Source of the DNA: Candidatus Omnitrophota bacterium
GTDB lineage: Bacteria; Omnitrophota; Gorgyraeia; Zapsychrales; Zapsychraceae
Assembly: GCA_029261055.1 (NCBI GenBank)
Contig: JAJDCA010000044.1
Span: 77,867-141,866, forward strand
Direction: 5' to 3'
Length of the DNA stretch: 64,000 nucleotides
Under the pieces are notes generated by a model. It saw only the letters and a list, made by a program, of their open reading frames with translations, made no database searches and had not been told where the DNA came from. Numbering within the stretch: the stretch's first letter is position 1; every line of letters begins with the position of its first letter. The position numbers and the translations under genes were made by a program. Below are positions 31,361 to 41,299 of the stretch, in pieces.

Positions 31361-32680
31361 AGGTTTGCCTTCGTAGGTAAATTGGCCAGTTTCTTCATCA
31401 AAAGATTCTAATTTCGGTAGGATGAGTTCTTCTTTAGGGAAGGAACAGGCATTGCCGGCATGCGATTCAAATTCTTTCGGGAATTTGTCAAGCATACTCG
31501 TACACAACACAGCGGCCTGCGTAGGAAGGAAGCAGCGGGTTTGATTGGTGCAGCGTCCGCATTCTAAACGGATGGCTTCGATATCCGTCATCGAACCTTG
31601 ACCTTGTTCTAAATTGTCCAAATGTCCAGCCATGATGCGGGTACCCATGTTACAAGGGATGCATTGTCCACAAGAGGACGCGGCTAGAAAATGCAAAAAT
31701 AATCGTGTCACAGCGACCATGCAACGGCTTTCATCGTAAACAATAAATCCACCGGAGCCAAGTCCACACCCGACAGCGCGCATGGAACCAAAGTCAATTT
31801 TGGTATCAAATAAATCCGGCGTCATCACACGATTGGCCACACCGGAAAACATGGCTTTAAAAGGATGTTTACCTACCGGGCCACCGGCTAAATCATACAA
31901 AGCTTCACGCACGGTTAAACCTGTTTCAACTTCATACATCCCAGGACGCTTCACATCACCGCAAAGAGAAAGTGTAATTGTTCCCGCAGTATCGTCGGTG
32001 CCAAGTGATTTAAACCACTCAACCCCATTACGTAAAATATGCGCCAAATGGGCCATGGTCTCGGCATTATTAACGACTGTTGGATTATTTTCTGTGGGGG
32101 TGTAACGTGCTCCGACTAAGAAGGGAGGGAAGTTCCGTGGCATTGGATCTCGCCCATCGATGACTTCCAACATAGCTTTTTCTTCACCTAATAAATATTC
32201 ATTCGGCCCTAAAACCAATTCAATGTAGCCTTCAGGAATAAGCTTGGCTTGTTCAAATTCAGCAATGGCTTCGCTAATACGTTTGACAATCGGCGTGTAT
32301 TTTTCTTTCGTACAAATAATCGCTTTATGCGCCTTAACAGCATGCGCCGAAATCAGCATACCTTCCAATAATTGGTAAGGATTCTTCTCGATGGTGTACC
32401 GATCTTTGTAAGTACCCGGTTCACCTTCAGCCCCATTACAGACAATATATTTGTAATTACTAGGATCATTGTAAACCGTTGTCCACTTAATCGCGATGGG
32501 AAATCCTGCCCCACCACGACCACGAAGACCGGATTGTTTGACCAATTCAATAAGTTCCTCGCTAGACATCTCACGCGATTTCTTTAAACCTTTAATACCA
32601 CCACGGGCGGCATAATCTTGTAAAGAGGTTATGGGTTTTAAATCTTCAGGAAGTAAAATACGTTTTTCTAATGGGTGCAT
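31340..32680 (-). CDS. NuoF-like NADH-binding flavoprotein subunit (FMN, 4Fe-4S), stand-alone
   Basis: GRGGAGFP FMN/NADH motifs, 4Fe-4S motif CGQCIPC...C. Confidence 0.85.
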   Translation of the reverse strand: MHPLEKRILLPEDLKPITSLQDYAARGGIKGLKKSREMSSEELIELVKQSGLRGRGGAGFPIAIKWTTVYNDPSNYKYIVCNGAEGEPGTYKDRYTIEKNPYQLLEGMLISAHAVKAHKAIICTKEKYTPIVKRISEAIAEFEQAKLIPEGYIELVLGPNEYLLGEEKAMLEVIDGRDPMPRNFPPFLVGARYTPTENNPTVVNNAETMAHLAHILRNGVEWFKSLGTDDTAGTITLSLCGDVKRPGMYEVETGLTVREALYDLAGGPVGKHPFKAMFSGVANRVMTPDLFDTKIDFGSMRAVGCGLGSGGFIVYDESRCMVAVTRLFLHFLAASSCGQCIPCNMGTRIMAGHLDNLEQGQGSMTDIEAIRLECGRCTNQTRCFLPTQAAVLCTSMLDKFPKEFESHAGNACSFPKEELILPKLESFDEETGQFTYEGKPLLVEQF

Positions 32681-32862
32681 GAATGTCTCCGACTTGTTAA
32701 GTAAATAAGTAAACCAATATTACAATGGCTTTGTACTTCGATCAAGATAAAAATCAAAATAATAATTTCGATTCTTGACAAAATACAGAGGGTGTAGTAG
32801 CTTAGGCATGTCTTAAAACTTCGAAAAACTTTGTCATACAACTCCTAACCGAAAGGCAAAAA

Positions 32863-33585
32863 ATGCATAATCGTAAATGGATTCCAACTGTTTTTACCAT
32901 CCTATCCTTCTTAATAATAACATCTTCCACTTTTGCCGCAAGTATTTCCGGCACTATTACTTACGACGGTAAAGCCCCTAAATTTAAACCCATCAAAATG
33001 GATGCCGATCCAATGTGCGTGGCTAAACATTCTGGGGAAGTTATGCCTCAAAGTCTTATTCTTGGAGAAGGCAATACCATGGGCAATGTTTTTGTTCACG
33101 TAACCGGTGGACTACCCAACAAAACCTTTGAAGCTCCCGCAGAACCTGTTACCCTTGATCAAAAAGGATGCCTTTATGAACCCCATATCTTAGGCGTCAT
33201 GGTCGGTCAACCCGTTAAAATTCTTAACCCCGACGGTACCCTTCACAATGTTCATGCCATCAGCAAAGTTAATCCTGAATTTAATTTGGCTATGCCAAAA
33301 TTCCGTAAAGAAACAACAAAAACATTTGAAAAAGCAGAATTTATGTTTCCTATTAAATGTGATGTTCATCCCTGGATGGTCGCCTGGGTTTCTGTCATGG
33401 AGCATCCCTATTTTTCAGTGACAAAAGAGGATGGTCAATTCACATTAGACAATCTTCCGGCTGGTACCTATGAAATCGAAGCCTGGCATGAAAAATTAGG
33501 GACAAAGAAAATGAGTATTACGTTAACCGGTGATGAAACTAAAGAGGCTGATTTCACCTTCAGCCGTCCTTCCAAAAAAAATTAA
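32863..33585 (+). CDS. secreted copper-binding candidate (cupredoxin- or PCuAC-like segment followed by a carboxypeptidase-regulatory-like beta-sandwich)
   Basis: Signal peptide; ...LHNVHAIS...(35 aa)...CDVHPWM gives a His...Cys-x2-His-x2-Met spacing like amicyanin-type type-1 Cu sites and also near the PCuAC H-x(n)-M-x(n)-H-x-M pattern; sits directly upstream of ctaD. Confidence 0.45.
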   Translation: MHNRKWIPTVFTILSFLIITSSTFAASISGTITYDGKAPKFKPIKMDADPMCVAKHSGEVMPQSLILGEGNTMGNVFVHVTGGLPNKTFEAPAEPVTLDQKGCLYEPHILGVMVGQPVKILNPDGTLHNVHAISKVNPEFNLAMPKFRKETTKTFEKAEFMFPIKCDVHPWMVAWVSVMEHPYFSVTKEDGQFTLDNLPAGTYEIEAWHEKLGTKKMSITLTGDETKEADFTFSRPSKKN

Positions 33586-33601
33586 TCAAGGGATAATTCA
33601 T

Positions 33602-35326
33602 ATGAGTAAAAATCATGATGCAGAGTTAGGCTTTTGGCGAAAATATGTTTTTTCAACAGATCACAAAGTCATTGGAATTCAATACGGATTGACCGCATTG
33701 TGTTTTCTCCTGTTTGGATTTGCTCTTATTTTGGTTATGCGCTGGCAATTGGCATTTCCCGGCGAACCTATTCCATGGCTAGGGAAATTGCTCGGTGAGG
33801 GAAGAGCCGCCGGAGGCGTTATGCTGCCGGAATTCTACAATGAACTTGGTGCTATGCATGGCACAATCATGGTATTTTTGGGCGTTGTCCCATTGGTCGT
33901 CGGAGCTTTTGGTAACATTGTTATGCCGTTACAAATCGGCGCACCGGATATGGCCTTTCCTAAATTAAATATGGCTAGCTATTGGGTTTTCCTTTTAGGC
34001 GGTATCACCATGATTTTCAGTTTCTTTATGCCGGGTGGGGCCGCTAGTTCAGGTTGGACCTCGTATCCGCCATTAGCTAATCTTGCCACCGTTGGACAAA
34101 CCGTTTGGATTTTGGGAATGGTTTTTCTTATTACATCTTCATTACTCGGCGCCATCAATGTTATTGTTACTATTTTTCAATTACGCGCAGAAGGCATGAC
34201 ATTTATGCGGTTGCCATTTTTCGTGTGGTCTCAGCTTGTCACCGCATTTCTCCTGGTCTTGGCTTTTCCTCCATTAGAAGCGGCGGGTATTCTACAATTA
34301 CTGGACCGGGTTATCGGGACCAGTTTTTTTATGCCTAGCGGTCTTGTCGTCAGTGGAGAACCTTTAGACATAAGTGGTGGAGGGAGCGTCCTGTTGTGGC
34401 AACATTTGTTTTGGTTTTTGGGACATCCGGAAGTGTATGTCATGATTTTGCCAGGCATGGGTATTGTAGCCGAAATTCTTGCTAATAATACGCGTAAACC
34501 ACTTTGGGGTTACAGAACCATGGTTTATTCCATTGTTTTTCTTGGATTTGTTTCATTTATTGTCTGGGCCCATCACATGTTTTTAACGGGCATGGGCACG
34601 GCCTTAAGTGGATTCTTCCAAGCGACCACCATGATCATTTCCGTTCCATCTGTTATTATTTTGACCGCCTTTTGTATTTCCCTTTGGGGTGGATCCATTC
34701 GCTTTAACACACCCATGCTTTTTGCATTAGCCTTTATTCCCATGTTTGCAATCGGAGGCTTAACAGGATTGCCGCTTGGTATCGCGATGACAGATATCTA
34801 TTTGCATGACACCTATTATGTCATTGGTCATTTTCACTATGTTGTTGCACCATCGCTGATTTTTGCTATTTTTGGCGGTATTTACTATTGGTTTCCAAAA
34901 TTTACAGGCCGAAAGTTAAATGAATTTCTTGGGAAATTACATTTTTGGCCATCTTTATTTTTTATGAATTGTGTTTTTATGCCGATGTTTGCCCAAGGCC
35001 TTGCAGGTATGTCTCGACGTCTTTATGATGGGGGAGAGACCTACGCATTTCTTGAACCGGTTATTGCCCTTAATAAAATGATTTCTTATTCTGCTTGGGC
35101 TTTGGCGGCTGTTCAGGTTATTTTTATTATTAATTTTCTGTGGAGTCTTTTCCAAGGCGAAAAAGTTACATCGGACAATCCTTGGGACTCGACGACCCTT
35201 GAATGGCAAACGCCGACACCTCCACCGCATGGAAACTTTTTAACATTACCTGTGGTTTGCCGTGGGCCTTATGAATACAGCGTCCCTGGAGCATCAAAAG
35301 ATTATTCACCCCAGAATGAAAAGTAA
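33602..35326 (+). CDS. ctaD: cytochrome c oxidase subunit I (A-type haem-copper oxidase)
   Basis: 12 TM, CuB/haem ligand histidines (WFFGHPEVY, HHMF), typical length; the track ORF starts upstream at 33530, the ATG at 33602 is preferred. Confidence 0.9.
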   Translation: MSKNHDAELGFWRKYVFSTDHKVIGIQYGLTALCFLLFGFALILVMRWQLAFPGEPIPWLGKLLGEGRAAGGVMLPEFYNELGAMHGTIMVFLGVVPLVVGAFGNIVMPLQIGAPDMAFPKLNMASYWVFLLGGITMIFSFFMPGGAASSGWTSYPPLANLATVGQTVWILGMVFLITSSLLGAINVIVTIFQLRAEGMTFMRLPFFVWSQLVTAFLLVLAFPPLEAAGILQLLDRVIGTSFFMPSGLVVSGEPLDISGGGSVLLWQHLFWFLGHPEVYVMILPGMGIVAEILANNTRKPLWGYRTMVYSIVFLGFVSFIVWAHHMFLTGMGTALSGFFQATTMIISVPSVIILTAFCISLWGGSIRFNTPMLFALAFIPMFAIGGLTGLPLGIAMTDIYLHDTYYVIGHFHYVVAPSLIFAIFGGIYYWFPKFTGRKLNEFLGKLHFWPSLFFMNCVFMPMFAQGLAGMSRRLYDGGETYAFLEPVIALNKMISYSAWALAAVQVIFIINFLWSLFQGEKVTSDNPWDSTTLEWQTPTPPPHGNFLTLPVVCRGPYEYSVPGASKDYSPQNEK

Positions 35327-35344
35327 AGAGGAGAACAATACCCT

Positions 35345-35938
35345 ATGTTAATTCCATACACTGTTAAACCAAGAGAAGATACCGGTATGTACAATGCCAA
35401 ATTGGGCATTTGGCTATTTTTAGCTTCCGAAGTCATGCTGTTTGGTGGATTATTTTCTGCTTACGTTATTCTTCGCGTCGGAGCCGGTGATGCTTGGCCT
35501 GTTGGGGCCAGTATTTTAAATGTACCCATTGGAGCTTTTAACACACTTCTTCTCATTACATCAAGTCTGACCATGGTCTTTTCGTGGATCGCCTTAAAAC
35601 AAAAAAATCTTGATAAATTCAAAAGAAACATGGGGATAACCATCCTGCTAGCCTTGGCCTTTCTGGTCATCAAAGGCTTTGAATACAATGCAAAATTTTC
35701 CCATCAGATGTTCCCTAGTAAAAGCACATTTCTCGCCATTTATTTTACGTTAACAGGTTTACATGCCCTTCACATTATTGGCGGCATAATCGTTAATGCT
35801 TATTTCTGGGGACCGGGAAGAAAAATGTGGTACAGCGATCCAGAAAGATTCACAAATCGTATTGAAATTGCCGGCCTGTATTGGCATTTTGTGGATTTAG
35901 TTTGGATATTCTTATTTCCAGTACTCTATTTATTGTAA
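35345..35938 (+). CDS. ctaE: cytochrome c oxidase subunit III
   Basis: 5 TM, 197 aa, position after subunit I. Confidence 0.8.
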   Translation: MLIPYTVKPREDTGMYNAKLGIWLFLASEVMLFGGLFSAYVILRVGAGDAWPVGASILNVPIGAFNTLLLITSSLTMVFSWIALKQKNLDKFKRNMGITILLALAFLVIKGFEYNAKFSHQMFPSKSTFLAIYFTLTGLHALHIIGGIIVNAYFWGPGRKMWYSDPERFTNRIEIAGLYWHFVDLVWIFLFPVLYLL

Positions 35939-35951
35939 AAAGGAGACCATT

Positions 35952-36305
35952 ATGGCATCAGGTTCACATGACATAACAAGCGAAATTAAAAAATTTAAAG
36001 GCATTTACATTGGGCTGCTATTTTTAACCGTTGTGACCGTCGCTGTTTCATATTTAACTGTTGGCGTATGGGCCGCCATTACTATTGCCCTTGTTATTGC
36101 CACATTTAAAGCCTCGCTTGTCGCCGGTTATTTCATGCATTTATTCAGTGAAAAAAAGTTAATTGTTACTTTAATTGGCTGTACCATTTTCTTTTTCATA
36201 TCCATGATGATTCTAATTTTTGCAGGACAATTCAATGTCCCGGAGGGATTACAGTATCTACCGACAGAACAGCATGTACCGGAGGGATCACACCATGTCT
36301 CTTAA
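35952..36305 (+). CDS. cytochrome c oxidase subunit IV (bacterial caa3/aa3 type small subunit)
   Basis: 117 aa, 3 TM, position. Confidence 0.6.
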   Translation: MASGSHDITSEIKKFKGIYIGLLFLTVVTVAVSYLTVGVWAAITIALVIATFKASLVAGYFMHLFSEKKLIVTLIGCTIFFFISMMILIFAGQFNVPEGLQYLPTEQHVPEGSHHVS

Positions 36306-36489
36306 AGATTTTCATATTGTTTTTATCCTTAGCTCAATTCTTTTGTTATTTGGATTTTCCTACTGGGGATGGCAAAATTTTACACATCATCCTATTGCAG
36401 CGTATTTGTGGACAGCTATTTTATCAGGAATCAGCGCATCTGCATTAATTGCCTATGAAATTTTATTTATTAAAAAAGTGAATGCCTAA
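36296..36489 (+). CDS. small two-TM membrane protein of unknown function
   Basis: Internal ATG of track ORF 36220..36489; overlaps the subunit IV stop; hydrophobic. Confidence 0.3.
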
Positions 36490-36800
36490 GAATATGCTCC
36501 AGAAATTAAAAAATATTCCATTTGCCTGTAGTGTATGTTTTTCCGTCGTTAAAGATGATCCGATGAATGTGGCCTTAAGAGCATCGGTTCTTTGTCTGTT
36601 AGCAATTCTTTTAGTCACTTTAGGCTGTTTTGTAAAATTCTTTCTGGGCGTCCGTAAACGGGCTAAAGTAACGACATAAAAGAAGCAAGATGTAGAGAAT
36701 CAAGAAGCAGCGAAGACAAAAATAAACTAATTTAATTCCTTATTTTTTCTCTGCGTCTTGCGACTTTACTTCTCTGCATCTTAAAAAGAGGGGAGAGATA

Positions 36801-37583
36801 ATGAATTTACGTGAGTTGTTATTTTTACCAATTAATGCTTCTGCGCATGGGCATGAAATTGATTTTGTTAATTATTTATTTCATATTTTTATGGTCGTGC
36901 TTTTGATCGGATGGGGTCTTTTTTATTTTCTCTGCCTTTTTAAATTTAACAAACGCGCTAACCCCAAAGCAAGCTACACAGGGGTCACATCTCACACCTC
37001 GACTTGGCTTGAAATTGCCGTGGTTGTTTTTGAAGCCGTTATCCTACTTGCATTTGCCATCCCTTTTTGGTCGAAACAAGTGAATGCTTTTCCAAAACGA
37101 CCAGACGCCATGCAAGTCCGGGTTATTGCGGAGCAGTACGCTTGGAATGTTCACTATTCCGGAGCAGATGGCGTTTTTGGCAAAACCAACCTAGAATATT
37201 TTGATAAACAATCTAATCCGTTGGGTATTGATCCAAATGATCCTGCTGGAAAAGATGATATTCACATGATCAATCAATTACATCTTCCTAAAGGAAAACC
37301 AGCCATTATTCATTTAACATCCAGAGATGTGGTTCATAGTTTTTCTCTTCCGCATATGCGTGTAAAACAAGACGTCATTCCAGGCATGAGTATTCCTACA
37401 TGGTTTACACCCACCAAATCAGGACAATTTGAAATTGCCTGTGCCCAATTATGTGGCCTTGGGCATTACCGAATGAAAGGTTATCTCACGGTTGAAGACC
37501 AAGAGACATTTGATCAATGGTTAGCAAATCAAACAACGGCAGGCGGTGATGGGGATGAAGAATTTGATGACTTCTGGAACTAA
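36801..37583 (+). CDS. ctaC: cytochrome c oxidase subunit II (CuA centre, no fused cytochrome c domain)
   Basis: Two N-terminal TM then a cupredoxin fold with CuA ligands H...CAQLCGLGHYRM; strong SD GAGGGGAGAG. Confidence 0.9.
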   Translation: MNLRELLFLPINASAHGHEIDFVNYLFHIFMVVLLIGWGLFYFLCLFKFNKRANPKASYTGVTSHTSTWLEIAVVVFEAVILLAFAIPFWSKQVNAFPKRPDAMQVRVIAEQYAWNVHYSGADGVFGKTNLEYFDKQSNPLGIDPNDPAGKDDIHMINQLHLPKGKPAIIHLTSRDVVHSFSLPHMRVKQDVIPGMSIPTWFTPTKSGQFEIACAQLCGLGHYRMKGYLTVEDQETFDQWLANQTTAGGDGDEEFDDFWN

Positions 37584-38541
37584 CACCTGGCTACGTCGAC
37601 TTTCCAAGCTCACATGCTTTTCCACACTATTATTAATTTTTATCGGTGGCATGGTTACAAGCACAGGTTCCGGCTTATCCGTCCCTGATTGGCCCTTATC
37701 CTACGGTATGTTTTTTCCTCCCATGGTTGGCGGTGTTTTTTATGAACATGGCCACCGCATGGCCGCTACGCTTGTCGGATTCTTCATGCTTTGTTTAGCC
37801 GTATGGCTAGGATTTAAAGAACCCCGAAAATGGATACGTTGTTTAGGGTTCTGGGCTTTAGGTGCCGTGATCTGTCAAGGCGTCTTAGGTGGCGTAACTG
37901 TATTATTTTTTCTACCAACCCCTGTGTCTGTGGCCCATGGTGTCCTGGCACAAACATTCTTTATTTTAACCATTGTCATCGCTTACAGCCTTTCTGTTGA
38001 ACGTAAACAAAGAGAAGGGACGGAAGAACAAACCCACCCCATGATTCTTAAGACTATTTTTATGTTTACGACACTCATTTACATACAACTCATCCTCGGC
38101 GCCATTATGCGCCATTCACATTCTGGGTTGGCTGTTTTAGATTTCCCAAAAATGGGAGGTTATTGGATACCACCTTTTAATCAAGATATGCTTCATACAC
38201 TTAATGATTGGCGTTTTGATTTGAATTTAGACCCTGTGTCCATGAGCCAAGTTGTCATCCATATTATTCACCGCGCATGGGCTGTATTTATTTTAGTTAT
38301 GCTGGCTATGTTAAACGCCGTGGGCAGAAAATATGCCTCAAAGAATAAAGACGTTATGCGAACACTTTTGATGTTAAACAGCTTTGTTGCTTTACAAATC
38401 ATTTTAGGCATTGCAACTATCTTAACGCAAAAATCTCCACAGATAACAAGCTTTCATGTCGTAACAGGCGCCGCAACTTTGGGGGTATCCGTGCTATTAC
38501 TTCTACGTGCCGCACCGTTAAATTGTTCCAAATTAAAATAA
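37549..38541 (+). CDS. ctaA: haem A synthase
   Basis: 8 TM with paired His/Cys-containing loops; overlaps the subunit II stop; track start GTG 37546. Confidence 0.7.
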   Translation: MGMKNLMTSGTNTWLRRLSKLTCFSTLLLIFIGGMVTSTGSGLSVPDWPLSYGMFFPPMVGGVFYEHGHRMAATLVGFFMLCLAVWLGFKEPRKWIRCLGFWALGAVICQGVLGGVTVLFFLPTPVSVAHGVLAQTFFILTIVIAYSLSVERKQREGTEEQTHPMILKTIFMFTTLIYIQLILGAIMRHSHSGLAVLDFPKMGGYWIPPFNQDMLHTLNDWRFDLNLDPVSMSQVVIHIIHRAWAVFILVMLAMLNAVGRKYASKNKDVMRTLLMLNSFVALQIILGIATILTQKSPQITSFHVVTGAATLGVSVLLLLRAAPLNCSKLK

Positions 38542-38553
38542 AGAATTCCTGCC

Positions 38554-39420
38554 ATGAAAAAAGAATCTATCATTTCTTCATACATTGAACTCACAAAACC
38601 ACGTATTACAGCTTTAGTATTGGTAACAACAACATTGGGATTTTATTTAGGAGGCGAGGGGATAAACTCTTTTTCATTACTGTGTTCGCTTTTAATCGGT
38701 GCATGGCTGGTCTGTGCTGGCTCGTCAACATTAAATCATTATTTGGAACGCGAATTTGACAGCAAAATGACGCGGACAAAAAATAGACCTATTCCATCCG
38801 GAAAAATCCCTCCAACCCATGCGCTTAATTTCGGAATATTGTGTACTTTATTAGGCCTTTTTATGCTGTATGTAACCGTAAATATTCTTACTGCTTTTTT
38901 AAGCCTTTTGACAACATTTCTTTATGTTTTGGTTTACACCCCTATGAAAAGAGTGAGCTGGTTAAATACAACCGTAGGGGCCATTCCAGGGGCTATTCCA
39001 CCATTAGGAGGGTGGGCCGCGGCGACAGGTACACTAAATTTTGATGCCGGTGTTTTATTTCTAATTTTATTTTTGTGGCAACACCCACACTTTTACGCCA
39101 TTGCCTGGATGTTTAAAGAAGATTATGCGCGCGGCGGATTTAAAATGCTTCCAATCGTTGATCCCGATGGCCAACGGACGTTTAAACAGGTTTTAATGTA
39201 TTCGATCGCATTAATTCCAATTTCATTGATTCCAGCCGTAACAGGGCTTTCAGGACCCATTTATTTTGTAGGCACATTGATGGCGGGTCTTTGGCTTTTA
39301 GGAATTAGTCGAAAGTTTATTCGCTCAGCTTCGGTAGCTAATGCCCGGCACCTCTTAAAAGCGACCGTTATTTACTTACCTTTATTACTTCTATTAATTG
39401 TAGTTGATGCTCAATTTTGA
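38554..39420 (+). CDS. ctaB: protohaem IX farnesyltransferase (haem O synthase)
   Basis: UbiA-family polyprenyltransferase motifs (NxxxDxxxD-like ...NHYLEREFD..., second D-rich loop), 9 TM. Confidence 0.85.
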   Translation: MKKESIISSYIELTKPRITALVLVTTTLGFYLGGEGINSFSLLCSLLIGAWLVCAGSSTLNHYLEREFDSKMTRTKNRPIPSGKIPPTHALNFGILCTLLGLFMLYVTVNILTAFLSLLTTFLYVLVYTPMKRVSWLNTTVGAIPGAIPPLGGWAAATGTLNFDAGVLFLILFLWQHPHFYAIAWMFKEDYARGGFKMLPIVDPDGQRTFKQVLMYSIALIPISLIPAVTGLSGPIYFVGTLMAGLWLLGISRKFIRSASVANARHLLKATVIYLPLLLLLIVVDAQF

Positions 39421-39421
39421 T

Positions 39422-40015
39422 ATGAACCTTTTTCTAAAACGCCAATTTCTTTTTTTAATTATTGTAACGGTTGCCTGCGCAATTGCCTTTACCCTGTTTA
39501 CTTTAAAAAAAGAACTCGCCAAACCAAACCTTCCTGTCTTGGGACAAATTCATGATTTTTCGTTAACCGACTCCAATAACAAAAACTTCTCGGTTAAAAG
39601 CCTTCAAGGAAAGGTCTGGGTAGCTGATTTTATTTTTACAACATGTGGCAGCATTTGCCCAATTATGTCTGGAAATATGGCGTCTTTAGCGCGGTCATTT
39701 GATTTAGAAAAGGACGCCGCCTTTGTATCGATTACCGTGAACCCGGAATATGATTCTCCCGAAGTACTCCGAAATTACGCGAAGAAATATGATGCCTACA
39801 CATCAAAGTGGCATTTTCTAACGGGTCCACGCGAAAAAATTAGAGAAATTCTTATTAAAAATTTTAAATTGGGAGATATGGAAGAGCCCATTTTTCACAG
39901 CTCATATTTCACACTCGTTGATCGAAATGGCATGGTTCGTGGCTATTATGACGGAACACAAAAAGAAGCTGTACGTAAGTTATTTAAACATTTGTCTGTC
40001 ATTCTTAAAGAGTAG
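39422..40015 (+). CDS. sco1: Sco1/SenC copper chaperone (thioredoxin fold)
   Basis: CGSICP (CxxxCP) motif, a downstream His, N-terminal TM anchor. Confidence 0.8.
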   Translation: MNLFLKRQFLFLIIVTVACAIAFTLFTLKKELAKPNLPVLGQIHDFSLTDSNNKNFSVKSLQGKVWVADFIFTTCGSICPIMSGNMASLARSFDLEKDAAFVSITVNPEYDSPEVLRNYAKKYDAYTSKWHFLTGPREKIREILIKNFKLGDMEEPIFHSSYFTLVDRNGMVRGYYDGTQKEAVRKLFKHLSVILKE

Positions 40016-40044
40016 GAACCTAAGGATGCTGTCTTAAATAGACT

Positions 40045-40461
40045 ATGGATATTCACTCATTACCCACCCTAAATGCCTGCCTAAATGCCACCGCATTTAT
40101 TTTTTTATGCTCTGGGTGGTTAGCGATTAAAAACAATAAAAAAAAACTTCATCGCACCTTAATGATTGGTGCTTTGATCGCATCAGGACTATTTTTGTCT
40201 TCCTATCTGACCTACCATGCCTTAGTCCCGGGTGTGACACGATACACAGGACAGGGCATAGCTAGAATCATCTATTTCACCATTCTCTTAACCCACACAC
40301 CCTTAGCCACCATTATTGTCCCATTCTGCGCTATGGCCGTCTACCATGCCATTAAAAAGAATTGGACAAAACACACACAAATCACCCGCTGGCTCATGCC
40401 GATCTGGATGTATGTCTCTGTAACAGGGGTGTTGATTTATTTGATGTTGTACATTTTGTGA
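40045..40461 (+). CDS. DUF420-like 4-TM membrane protein commonly found in cytochrome oxidase clusters
   Basis: 138 aa, 4 TM, position. Confidence 0.5.
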   Translation: MDIHSLPTLNACLNATAFIFLCSGWLAIKNNKKKLHRTLMIGALIASGLFLSSYLTYHALVPGVTRYTGQGIARIIYFTILLTHTPLATIIVPFCAMAVYHAIKKNWTKHTQITRWLMPIWMYVSVTGVLIYLMLYIL

Positions 40462-40513
40462 TATGTGGTATACTTAGAATGTACATAATTCAGTACATAT
40501 GAAAGGAGGACAC

Positions 40514-40768
40514 ATGAAAACATTAACCGCAACAGATGCCAGAAATAACTGGTTTAAACTTCTTAAAGATTCTGTTAGCAGTCATCGTATTTATCAAATA
40601 ACTTCCAAAGAGGGTGATGCTGTTATTCTTTCTAAAGAAGATTATGAAAGCCTCATTGAAACACTTGAACTGCTTTCAATTCCAGGGATGTTAAAAAGTA
40701 TTAAACAAGCTGACAAAGAAATTGCAGAAGGAAAAACCCGAACAATGGAAGAGGTTTTTGGTGATTAA
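40514..40768 (+). CDS. yefM: YefM/Phd-family antitoxin
   Basis: MKTLTATDARNNWFKLL...AVILSKEDYESLIETLE is a canonical YefM sequence; AGGAGG SD at 40504-40509; the palindrome atgtac-ataattca-gtacat sits just upstream. Confidence 0.8.
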   Translation: MKTLTATDARNNWFKLLKDSVSSHRIYQITSKEGDAVILSKEDYESLIETLELLSIPGMLKSIKQADKEIAEGKTRTMEEVFGD

Positions 40769-41027
40769 AAAAACGCATTATGCTATTAAATTCAGCAAGC
40801 AGGCTGAAAAAGATTTACAAAAATTAGACCCCCACCTGAAGAAAAAACTTCATGATATTCTTAAAAAGATTATTGCCGTTAATCCTTATGAGGGAAAAAA
40901 ATTAATTGGTGAACTTTTAGGGAATTATTCATATCGTTTAAGCTTCAAAGATCGCATAGTTTATGACATCATAGAAAATAAAAAAATTATTAATCTTAAA
41001 AGGGTAAGAACTCATTACGGTGATTGA
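40761..41027 (+). CDS. yoeB: YoeB/RelE-family toxin
   Basis: About 89 aa basic protein ending ...LKRVRTHYGD; overlaps the antitoxin stop; GTG start (track gives a longer TTG/ATG-extended ORF from 40722). Confidence 0.7.
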   Translation: MIKKTHYAIKFSKQAEKDLQKLDPHLKKKLHDILKKIIAVNPYEGKKLIGELLGNYSYRLSFKDRIVYDIIENKKIINLKRVRTHYGD

Positions 41028-41299
41028 TAGTTTATTAAAAAATAAATACCGAAAGCGAGGAGGAGAATAGCGGTGACGATGAGGACGAAGATCATCTTCT
41101 TAAAACCGTCAGCGCCGGTGTCGAATTTAAGAATGGTGCGCATATCTTTATTTTTTCCTTTCCAACAACCATCCAACCACAAAAAGTAAAGTACCTATTC
41201 CGAGAATCTTTCTATCCATTAGGGTTGGAAAATTTCTTAAAAAATCAATTAGGATAATGGTTAACCCGACAGCTTGTGCTAATTTTGCAGCATAGTGTA

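Noticed and set aside
36482-36679. 65-aa ORF between oxidase subunit IV and subunit II
   Set aside because: Hydrophobic, but no SD, and it overlaps the more plausible small ORF 36296-36489; left unannotated as uncertain
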